From a virus: 64,000 nt of DNA. The stretch is taken from positions 1 to 64,000 of the IMG/VR virus record IMGVR_UViG_3300025122_000008. One strand, written 5' to 3'. The notes beneath the pieces were generated by a model. It saw only the letters and a list, made by a program, of their open reading frames with translations. It was not told where the DNA came from and ran no database searches. This document shows, one piece after another, positions 56,888 to 64,000 of this stretch; within the stretch, counting starts at the first letter, position 1, and each line of letters begins with the position of its first letter. The translations under genes and the position numbers were made by a program.

Positions 56888-59398
56888 ATGAGTTCAGCTA
56901 TGATTTTAACCGAGTCACAAATTAAGGAAGCCATAAGAGAGGAGTTCGCCAAAAGCGGCGTAATTCTCACCGAGGAAGAGCTTAACGAACTGTTTGGAAT
57001 GTTCGGTAAGAGTAAGTTAATTAAACAAATTAAAAAGTTAGATCCCGACGGCAAAGCCATGGATAAGCTGGGATACGATGCGGAAGAGGTTTTTGCCGGC
57101 CGCGCTGGCTCGGGCACGATTAAAGCAATATTGGCCGATCTTAAAAGTGAGGTTGGAGAACCCGAGGAAGAGGATGATCGCGGCTTCGTTAAAAAAGGCC
57201 TCGCGCGTATGCGCGGCGCTCTTGATATCTTAGATCCGCGAAGTGAAGCTGGAACTCTCCTTGGTGGCGATGAAGTTTTCGACATGAAGAAGCGTCGACA
57301 ATTGATGGGCGATGCTAAAGCGGCCCTTAAAGATACACTGAGTAAACTGAGGAAGGTCGACCCTGAGGGCTCCAACCAATTAAAGAAATTGCGCATGGCG
57401 TTGGAAAAGAATGGTTTTCCAAATATGCGCGGCAATGGCAATTTCAAGACAGCTGCGACTGATATTGATATTGCTTATGATCAAATTATAAAAGATTTCG
57501 AAGAAAAGAAAATTGATTGTACGACAGCTAATGTTCGCATCGCGGTGTTGCGCTATATAGTTATTTATTACCAAGATTTCCGAATGGGGGATCAATATTA
57601 TTACCGAAACGAGGCGTTGACGCCCGAAGATTTGATACTTTTGACGGAAGAAGAACAAGAACAGCTTGGTGTGAAACAGGGTGCGGCCGCCAAGGGTTAT
57701 GAAACCGCATATGGTATGAAGTTTCCTAAAGTCCTCGCTGCTGTGGGCGTCGGCGCATTGGCCGCAGGCTTTTTAGCGGACTCAGACTTTTTCCAGAATC
57801 TTTTAGAAAGATTCAAAGATGTGGACGAAATCACGGATACCAAGATAATCAAAGATACGGTCATCGAAGTCTCCGGCCTAGGCGAAATTGAGAGCGGCGA
57901 AGGTATCATCAAAGTTGTTCGTCGGCTTGGTGGCGAATCGATGAAAAACTTTGGCCGTTCAGGTGGACCCGGAATGGCTGAGCTGGGCGATCCCAAATAT
58001 AGTTTAGTGGTCAAGTTACTTGGTGCTGCCATGATGTCCAAGCAGGGCCCGGGCGCCCTTCAGCAAGCAATTCAGCAAAACGCTGATCCTGTAAAATTAT
58101 TTATTAGCGGGCCCGCCTCGGGGACCGGCCGCGCCGGAGAAGAACTATTTGGACTCAACAAAGGCGTTTTTGAGGAGAATCTATCAAAGGTTATCGAGGA
58201 CAAGACAGAAACTTTTCTAAAGGTCCCAGCAAAAACTCTTAAAAATAAATTTTTGAGCGGATTGGGTGAATTTGCCGGTCCGGTTCTTAAGGCCCTCGGC
58301 CTCAGCGCTCTAGCCGGCGCCGGAGCTTCCGCGGCGATGCGTTATAGTGGTAAAGGTGAGGGAAGATTCGCTTTGGGCTCGCGCATGTCCTTCCTTAAGA
58401 AAAAAGTTGATGAGATGGAAGACGTCCCCTGCAAGGAGACGGAAGAACCCAAGTGCCCTGATGGATCTGATCCTCCCTGTAAGGATGAGCCCCCGCCACC
58501 ACCGGGCGAATGCAGCGACGAAGAAAAAGAACAAGGTAAAGTTTGGAACCCGGGTACCGGCAAGTGCGAATGTCCCGAAGATCAAGCCTTCAACGACGAG
58601 ACCGGCAAGTGTGAAGAGAAGAAGCCCGACTGTGATCCTGACACTCAAATGGTCGACCCCGATACGGGCGAGTGCATTGATATACCCAAGTGTCCCGACG
58701 GCACCGTTTATAATCCCGCGACCGGCAAATGCCGTCGCCCCAGACAGTTGGTTCAGCCGCAACGTTTAGAGATTACGATATACAGTGAGATAGTCGGAAA
58801 ACCTGGCCGACCTTCGGTAGAAAAGGTTGTTCGCGAATTCGGCGCCGCAAATGGATACAAGATCGATGATGAGAACTTAGAAGATACATTAGGAAAGATT
58901 GAGCAATGGGTTGAGTGGACGAATTTGCGGGCTTATGGTTTGCCTCGAAACGCGAAGGCCCAGCCCGTGAACCCGAAGGCGCTTCTAGGTCTAAAGGAAG
59001 ACAATCCGCTAAACGAGTTGTCACCCGCTCCAGGCTCGGAAGGGGAAGAGACAGAAAAAGATCCGCAGAATAGTTTCATGCCTCGTTCAAAGAGTGATGT
59101 TCGTGATGGAAAAATCTTAATCTTTGTTAAGAAAAATGGAAAAGGAAAAATAAGAAGAAGTTTGCGCAATTTCCTTTTTACTAATATTTTTATGAGCCAA
59201 GGCCAAGATACTCCATTTGATAGACCGCTAGATCGCAAGGATGCAAAAGCGCTGGCAATTGCTATAGGTGACTTTGTTTTTGATGAACTTCAGCAACAAG
59301 GTGGAGAAGTTGTGCAACAACAACAGCAACAAGAGGCGAAGCAATTGTCCGAATCGTTACAGCTTAATCGATGGAAGGTGTTAGCGGGTATAAAATGA
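56888..59398 (+). CDS. Large head-region protein with hydrophobic helices and Cys-rich repeats (possible internal/ejection protein)
   Basis: LTE/LNE motifs, two hydrophobic Gly/Ala helices, four (N/D)xxTG(K/E)C repeats, poly-Q, and C-terminal RWKVLAGIK. Confidence 0.55.
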   Translation: MSSAMILTESQIKEAIREEFAKSGVILTEEELNELFGMFGKSKLIKQIKKLDPDGKAMDKLGYDAEEVFAGRAGSGTIKAILADLKSEVGEPEEEDDRGFVKKGLARMRGALDILDPRSEAGTLLGGDEVFDMKKRRQLMGDAKAALKDTLSKLRKVDPEGSNQLKKLRMALEKNGFPNMRGNGNFKTAATDIDIAYDQIIKDFEEKKIDCTTANVRIAVLRYIVIYYQDFRMGDQYYYRNEALTPEDLILLTEEEQEQLGVKQGAAAKGYETAYGMKFPKVLAAVGVGALAAGFLADSDFFQNLLERFKDVDEITDTKIIKDTVIEVSGLGEIESGEGIIKVVRRLGGESMKNFGRSGGPGMAELGDPKYSLVVKLLGAAMMSKQGPGALQQAIQQNADPVKLFISGPASGTGRAGEELFGLNKGVFEENLSKVIEDKTETFLKVPAKTLKNKFLSGLGEFAGPVLKALGLSALAGAGASAAMRYSGKGEGRFALGSRMSFLKKKVDEMEDVPCKETEEPKCPDGSDPPCKDEPPPPPGECSDEEKEQGKVWNPGTGKCECPEDQAFNDETGKCEEKKPDCDPDTQMVDPDTGECIDIPKCPDGTVYNPATGKCRRPRQLVQPQRLEITIYSEIVGKPGRPSVEKVVREFGAANGYKIDDENLEDTLGKIEQWVEWTNLRAYGLPRNAKAQPVNPKALLGLKEDNPLNELSPAPGSEGEETEKDPQNSFMPRSKSDVRDGKILIFVKKNGKGKIRRSLRNFLFTNIFMSQGQDTPFDRPLDRKDAKALAIAIGDFVFDELQQQGGEVVQQQQQQEAKQLSESLQLNRWKVLAGIK

Positions 59399-59853
59399 AC
59401 AAGACGGAATTAAAAAAACTTTTAAAACCACTCATAAAAGAATGCATAAAGGAGGTGATGTTTGAAGATGGCGTTCTTTCAAAGGTAGTTTCGGAGGTGG
59501 CTCAAGGTATATCAGCCCCTCGGCTTGTTGAATCACAAAGTTCTGTAACAAAGATACAAAAAGATGAACAGAGTCAGCAGACAAATCTAATGAAAAGATC
59601 TACAGAACAGACAAAAAATAAATTTAATAAACGTCGACAAAAATTAATGACGGCCATCGGAAAAGATGCCTATAACGGCATTGATCTTTTCGAGGGTACT
59701 GCGCCGCTATCCTCAGGAGGAAACACCAGCAATGCAGTAACCCCGCAGGGGCCCTTGGCTAATATCTCTTCCGGCGATCCCGGGGTCGATATTAATAATT
59801 TGTTAGGAAACGTGGGGGCACACTGGAAAGCTCATATGGATTCTGGAAGTTAG
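59395..59853 (+). CDS. Hypothetical head-region protein
   Basis: Start reassigned to ATG 59395 (ATGA overlap with the previous stop): MNKTELKKLLKPLIKECIKEVMFE. Confidence 0.65.
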   Translation: MNKTELKKLLKPLIKECIKEVMFEDGVLSKVVSEVAQGISAPRLVESQSSVTKIQKDEQSQQTNLMKRSTEQTKNKFNKRRQKLMTAIGKDAYNGIDLFEGTAPLSSGGNTSNAVTPQGPLANISSGDPGVDINNLLGNVGAHWKAHMDSGS

Positions 59854-59862
59854 AGGTGAAAA

Positions 59863-60078
59863 GTGGCAATTAATGTATCAGTTCATCGTAAACACAATGA
59901 GAGTACGGAACGCTTAATTAGACGATTTATTAAAAAAGTTAAGCGAGAGGGCGTTTTAACGAAATATAGAGAACGTTGTTCTTATTATATAAAACCGGCC
60001 GTCAAAAGAAAGATAAAATCAGAAAAAGCTCGTCGAGAGCGTGAGCGCGTAGAAAGAAAGCGCAATAAAAGGAAATAG
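59863..60078 (+). CDS. rpsU: Ribosomal protein bS21 (phage-encoded)
   Basis: V.V...NESTERLIRRFIKKVKREGVL..YRER.YYIKPAVKRK...ARR is the bS21 signature. GAGGTG RBS, GTG start. Confidence 0.88.
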   Translation: MAINVSVHRKHNESTERLIRRFIKKVKREGVLTKYRERCSYYIKPAVKRKIKSEKARRERERVERKRNKRK

Positions 60079-60091
60079 TTATAATTTGAGA

Positions 60092-60098
60092 CTATTTA
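60092..60098 (+). promoter_or_regulatory. Putative late promoter motif CTATTTA
   Basis: Intergenic, between rpsU and 60122. Confidence 0.45.
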
Positions 60099-60121
60099 AA
60101 ACAGTTTGGAGTTAGGTACAT

Positions 60122-60568
60122 ATGACACAACAATATAAAGTAGGATTACACAACGTTGGATCTTATCAGGTTTCTGGTAAACCATTCGCCACAGGGTCTA
60201 TAGATTGTCGCACCGGTGTTACAGGAGTTGGACAGATTGATTTCCCACAGGTGACCTCGTGGGTAATGATATCCAATCACGATAGCGGCAATCGTAATGT
60301 CAGGGTGGGATTTTCAAGCAAGGGGGTGTTGGGTTCGAATACAGAACAGGGGAACAGATTTATAGAAGTTCCCTCCACTAGCGGATCGGGCCCCGTTCGA
60401 CTTGATTTAAAATTAACTCAGCTTTTTGTTAGTGGTTCCGATAACGTTTCTGTTGTTGCTGGCCTTACATTTATCAGTACGGGATCTATTAATAACATAG
60501 CTATCTCCCCGGCAGCCGATGAAGGGTCTCACGTTGGTAAGAACTGGTCCGGATCTACGGGAATATAA
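60122..60568 (+). CDS. Hypothetical beta-rich virion-region protein
   Basis: 148 aa (GLHNVGSYQVSGKPF...RVGFS...VVAGLT), preceded by CTATTTA and GGAG. Confidence 0.6.
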   Translation: MTQQYKVGLHNVGSYQVSGKPFATGSIDCRTGVTGVGQIDFPQVTSWVMISNHDSGNRNVRVGFSSKGVLGSNTEQGNRFIEVPSTSGSGPVRLDLKLTQLFVSGSDNVSVVAGLTFISTGSINNIAISPAADEGSHVGKNWSGSTGI

Positions 60569-60574
60569 TCGATC

Positions 60575-63370
60575 ATGGCCGGTTGGGCATTCGTCAATGT
60601 CGATCTTGCTTCGGGTAGCGGGCCTACTGGTTCTGTACAGTATCACGTTGAGGGAAGAGGAGTTTCCGGTAGTGAACAATTTATGTTTCACACCGCTTCG
60701 GTGCATGGTTATGCAGCAAATACCTTAGTTTTAACCGGAGCCCTTGTTGTATCTGGTGCGATTAGCGCCAGTAGTTATACAATAAAAGACATCACACATA
60801 TTGATGTATCTGGTTCAACCAGATTTGGTGATGATGCCGGCGACTCTCACATATTCACCGGTAGCCTATATGTGTCAAACACATCATCTCTTTCTTCGAT
60901 AGCCGTATCGAGTTCTATTTCCGGCTCAAGCACCCTGCAGGCCGTCGGAGCCACCACTTTGGGAGGCACATTAGGTGTTAGCGGTAATGTTGGCATCGGA
61001 ACTGCCACCCCGGGCGGCCCACTTCATGTATATAAAGCGGCTGCCAACCAAGACCACACACCCATGGAATTACTGAGACTGGAGCAGCAAGATGAAGGCG
61101 TTGACATGGCCGCTGGACACGGACCTGCCATTACTTTTTACGTTGGAGAAACTGCCGGCTCGGATCACGGCGGCAGTGTGGCGGTTGTTAGAGAAGAGCA
61201 AGGCGATGCGGATTCTGCTGCTGCCATGTCCTTTTATACTGCGGCCGATGATAGTGCCCCAACAGAAAAAATGCGAGTTACCAGTACTGGCAAAGTCGGC
61301 ATCGGAACGACAAGTCCGACCGACACACTTACTGTCGTTGGTACGGTTTCTGGCTCCTCAACTTTACAGGCAGTCGGAGCCACCACTTTGGGAGGTGCCC
61401 TGAATGTTTCTGGAGCCAGCACACTCAAGGGGGCCATTTCTGGCGCATCCACATTGCAAGCTGTTGGTGCTACTGTTTTGGGAGGCGCCCTGAATGTTTC
61501 TGGCGCTGTTACGATGGCTGGTGGGCAATCTCTCATCTATGGCAACGCAAACGCCAAAATTACCAACAATGGTACTAACCTTGATATTAATTCCCCCGGC
61601 CTTATTAACCTTAACGCTGGTAACCCGGCCATTGTTTCAAGCTCTGATGGGCTGCAAATAGTTAGTGACTCCATCTTTGGTGGAAGACTGAAGGTTTCTG
61701 GAGCCAGCACACTCAAGGGGGCCATTTCTGGCGCATCCACATTGCAAGCTGTTGGTGCTACTGTTTTGGGAGGCGCCCTGAATGTTTCTGGCGCTGTTAC
61801 GATGGCTGGCGGGAATGCACTCATTTATGGCAATGCAAACGCCAAAATTACCAACAATGGCACCAATCTAGATATTAATTCACCAGGCCTCATTAACCTT
61901 AACGCTGGTAACCCGGCCATTGTTTCAAGCTCTGATGGGCTACAAATAGTTAGCGATTCCATCTTCGGCGGAAAACTGCAGGTAAGCGGCGCCCAGTCCT
62001 GGGCTGCAAAGGTTTCAAGTTCAGCCGGCGCAGAAATTGTGGGTAACTCGATATTCGTCGGTAATCTCGCCACTTCGGGTACCTTCACATCGAAGGGCGA
62101 TACACAATTGGCTGCAGCAGGCGTTGGCACGACTGTCAACGGCGACCTCACGGTCGCTCAACCGGCTACTTTCCAAGATAGTATTAGCGGCTCTTCAACC
62201 TTACAAATGGTTGGTGCTTCCATCTTTGGTAACAACCTTAGTGTTTCGGGTACCTTCACATCGAAGGGCGATACACAATTGGCTGCAGCCGGCGTTGGCA
62301 CTACTGTCAACGGTGACCTCACGGTCGATCAAGGGGCTACTTTCAGTTCCACTTTGACACTCGCCGGCAAACTTTCGAGTTCTGCTGCGATGGAAGTTGT
62401 TGGTGCTACTGTTTTGGGAGGTGCCCTGAATGTTTCTGGCACTGTTACGATGGCTGGTGGGCAATCTCTCATCTATGGCAACGCAAACGCCAAAATTACC
62501 AACAATGGTACTAACCTTGATATTAATTCCCCCGGCCTTATTAACCTTAACGCTGGTAACCCGGCCATTGTTTCAAGCTCTGATGGGCTACAAATAGTTA
62601 GCGATTCTATCTTCGGCGGAAAGCTCAACGTAAGTGGCGCAATGGTCGTGGCAGGCATTTCCGGCTCAAGCACCCTGCAGGCCGTCGGAGCCACCACTTT
62701 GGGAGGTGCCCTAAATGTTTCTGGAGCCAGCACATTCAAGGGGGCCATTTCTGGCGCATCCACATTGCAAGCTGTTGGTGCTACTGTTTTGGGAGGTGCC
62801 CTAAATGTTTCTGGCACTGTTACGATGGCTGGTGGGCAATCTCTCATCTATGGCAACGCAAACGCCAAAATTACCAACAATGGCACCAATCTAGATATTA
62901 ATTCACCAGGCCTCATTAACCTTAACGCTGGTAACCCGGCCATTGTTTCAAGCTCTGATGGGCTACAAATAGTTAGCGATTCTATCTTCGGCGGAAATCT
63001 GGACGTCAGTGGCGGGATGTCCATTGGTGCTTCGTCTGCCAATCAAGTGAATGTCAAGGCTGCGATCGCTTTCGCTGGCCCCGAGGCACATAAGTTAGGT
63101 ACGATTACAGCAGCTGCCGAACTCACCGCATCGACATCGAGGTCTTATCAGATTGTTAGTGGCGGGGCGAGCGCTGTTACAGTTATTTTGCCCTCCGCTA
63201 GTAACTACAACTACACGTATATGATTAAGCGCCACTCGCTTATGAGTGGGAATGTTGTGATTGAAGGCGGTGGATCCGAGAAGGTTGATGGAAGTGCAAA
63301 TAAAACTTTGTCTTCTGCTGGGGACGCTGTGTTCTTGATCTCTGATGGTACTCGGTGGAATACCTTCTAG
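60575..63370 (+). CDS. Long repeat-rich fibre protein (head- or tail-associated)
   Basis: SGSTRFGDD, GNVGIGT.TP and GKVGIGTTSP repeats, many L.V.G...LGG beta repeats, and a C-terminal TVILPSA...YMIK...KVDG...LISDGTRW module. Confidence 0.75.
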   Translation: MAGWAFVNVDLASGSGPTGSVQYHVEGRGVSGSEQFMFHTASVHGYAANTLVLTGALVVSGAISASSYTIKDITHIDVSGSTRFGDDAGDSHIFTGSLYVSNTSSLSSIAVSSSISGSSTLQAVGATTLGGTLGVSGNVGIGTATPGGPLHVYKAAANQDHTPMELLRLEQQDEGVDMAAGHGPAITFYVGETAGSDHGGSVAVVREEQGDADSAAAMSFYTAADDSAPTEKMRVTSTGKVGIGTTSPTDTLTVVGTVSGSSTLQAVGATTLGGALNVSGASTLKGAISGASTLQAVGATVLGGALNVSGAVTMAGGQSLIYGNANAKITNNGTNLDINSPGLINLNAGNPAIVSSSDGLQIVSDSIFGGRLKVSGASTLKGAISGASTLQAVGATVLGGALNVSGAVTMAGGNALIYGNANAKITNNGTNLDINSPGLINLNAGNPAIVSSSDGLQIVSDSIFGGKLQVSGAQSWAAKVSSSAGAEIVGNSIFVGNLATSGTFTSKGDTQLAAAGVGTTVNGDLTVAQPATFQDSISGSSTLQMVGASIFGNNLSVSGTFTSKGDTQLAAAGVGTTVNGDLTVDQGATFSSTLTLAGKLSSSAAMEVVGATVLGGALNVSGTVTMAGGQSLIYGNANAKITNNGTNLDINSPGLINLNAGNPAIVSSSDGLQIVSDSIFGGKLNVSGAMVVAGISGSSTLQAVGATTLGGALNVSGASTFKGAISGASTLQAVGATVLGGALNVSGTVTMAGGQSLIYGNANAKITNNGTNLDINSPGLINLNAGNPAIVSSSDGLQIVSDSIFGGNLDVSGGMSIGASSANQVNVKAAIAFAGPEAHKLGTITAAAELTASTSRSYQIVSGGASAVTVILPSASNYNYTYMIKRHSLMSGNVVIEGGGSEKVDGSANKTLSSAGDAVFLISDGTRWNTF
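60917..63010 (+). repeat. Internal nucleotide repeats of the fibre gene
   Basis: Four near-identical copies of the GNANAKITNNGTNLDINSPGLINLNAGNPAIVSSSDGLQIVSDSIFGG unit (near 61540, 61828, 62476, 62851; first offset 288 bp). Two copies of SGTFTSKGDTQLAAAGVGTTVNGDLTV (~62074 and ~62245). A ~50 bp identical block at ~60917 and ~62657. Confidence 0.9.
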
Positions 63371-63442
63371 GAGGCCGGCCAGTATTGCATTGCGGTTTCA
63401 CAAGAGAGTTATGCAAAAATTGTCTTTTCTTAATGTACATAA

Positions 63443-63462
63443 CTAATTAACATGACTAATTA
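63443..63462 (+). promoter_or_regulatory. Tandem putative late promoter motifs CTAATTA (63443-63449 and 63456-63462)
   Basis: Two copies 13 bp apart, upstream of the AGGAG RBS of the scaffold gene. Confidence 0.5.
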
Positions 63463-63483
63463 CATGTGGATAGGAGTATATAT

Positions 63484-64000
63484 ATGTCTTCGTTGTTAAA
63501 GCAAGCTATTATAGACGCATCAGCCTTGAAGGAGGCCGCGCTTAAAAATGCGGAGAGTACAGTTCTAGAAAAGTATTCTTTAGAAGTAAAAGAGGCGCTT
63601 TCAACACTTTTGGAACAAGAGGAAGATCTTGGCCTAGGTGCTCCCGCCGATACTTCTCCCACAGCCGACGCTTCTTTTATGGACGACGTTCCTCTTGGCC
63701 ACGAAGACCCAGAGATAGACGGGCCCGCCGAAGATGAAGTTATTGAAATCGATTTTGATGATTTAAAGGCGCGCCTTCACACGGATGAAGAAGCCGGCGC
63801 CGAACCAGAAGCCTCTGAACTATTGGGATCCGAAGAAACTGCCGAAGAAATTTTTGGGGGTATGGAAGAACCAGAGTTAGCCGCGCCCGCGGGAGCCGAA
63901 GAGCCCCTAGCAGAGGAAGTAGAAATTAGTGATCAGCTCATCGATGCTATAGCCGAAGAGCTTACAGTCGATGTTGCCGCGAGACTGCAAGGCTGGTCGT
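63484..64000 (+). CDS. Prohead scaffold/core protein (gp22-like), 5' part; runs off the window
   Basis: Manual translation MSSLLKQAIIDASALKEAALKNAESTVLEKYSLEVKEALSTLLEQEEDLGLG...EVIEIDFDDLKARL..., very acidic. AGGAG RBS and tandem CTAATTA upstream. Position downstream of the protease fits a scaffold gene. Confidence 0.65.
   Translation, partial: MSSLLKQAIIDASALKEAALKNAESTVLEKYSLEVKEALSTLLEQEEDLGLGAPADTSPTADASFMDDVPLGHEDPEIDGPAEDEVIEIDFDDLKARLHTDEEAGAEPEASELLGSEETAEEIFGGMEEPELAAPAGAEEPLAEEVEISDQLIDAIAEELTVDVAARLQGWS

Noticed and set aside
60917-63010. CRISPR array
   Set aside because: The repeats are long, in-frame coding units without unique spacers, and no cas genes are present.
4377-63370. 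Diversity-generating retroelement (template/variable repeats) as the explanation for the paralogue and fibre repeats
   Set aside because: No reverse transcriptase in the window, and differences between copies are mostly synonymous C/T third-position changes rather than adenine-specific.
63371-63483. tRNA, ncRNA or intrinsic terminator in the largest intergenic gap
   Set aside because: No cloverleaf or T-loop consensus and no convincing GC stem followed by a U tract. No tRNA was seen elsewhere by eye.
841-63662. The many minus-strand and nested alternative-frame ORFs in the track (e.g. 6915..7412, 44234..44761, 56743..57447, 61234..63042)
   Set aside because: They lie wholly within long, motif-bearing + strand genes and show no recognisable motifs. 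The repeated antisense ORFs simply mirror the fibre repeats.
1-64000. Stop-codon reassignment, as seen in some large phages
   Set aside because: Conserved genes (terminase, portal, gp6, gmd) are uninterrupted in the standard code, and TAA, TAG and TGA all end genes at tight junctions.

Overview
This 64 kb window is the late (virion morphogenesis) region of a large T4-like contractile-tailed phage (Caudoviricetes, probably an uncultured large or jumbo phage). Essentially every real gene is on the + strand, tightly packed and often with overlapping stop/start codons, and the standard genetic code reads cleanly. Gene order: (1) sugar cluster: partial GDP-L-fucose synthase, a glycosyltransferase-like gene, gmd; (2) small genes, an FmdB-type Zn ribbon and a gp55-like late sigma factor; (3) three tandem paralogues with a shared ~200 aa N-terminal domain and different C-termini (SGNH esterase / none / tail lysozyme), followed by a spike-like protein; (4) a ~32 kb baseplate block with gp25, gp6, a DNRLRE-like protein, a 3389 aa LamG-rich gp7-like protein, a Hint-domain protein and tail-collar-like paralogues; (5) RuvC-like nuclease, primase and a fused Mre11-Rad50 (gp47-gp46) gene; (6) a putative lysis cassette and fibre genes; (7) large terminase, portal, internal-head-like proteins, prohead protease, ribosomal protein bS21, a repeat-rich fibre and the start of the scaffold gene. 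The most notable observations are the polymorphic esterase/lysozyme hub trio, a non-splicing Hint domain next to a direct-repeat-flanked 407 bp segment whose removal would fuse two genes in frame, a promoter-centred palindrome over the RBS of the holin-like gene, a recurrent intergenic CTA(A/T)TTA motif, and a possible virion glycosylation system. All calls come from motif recognition by eye; no database searches were run.
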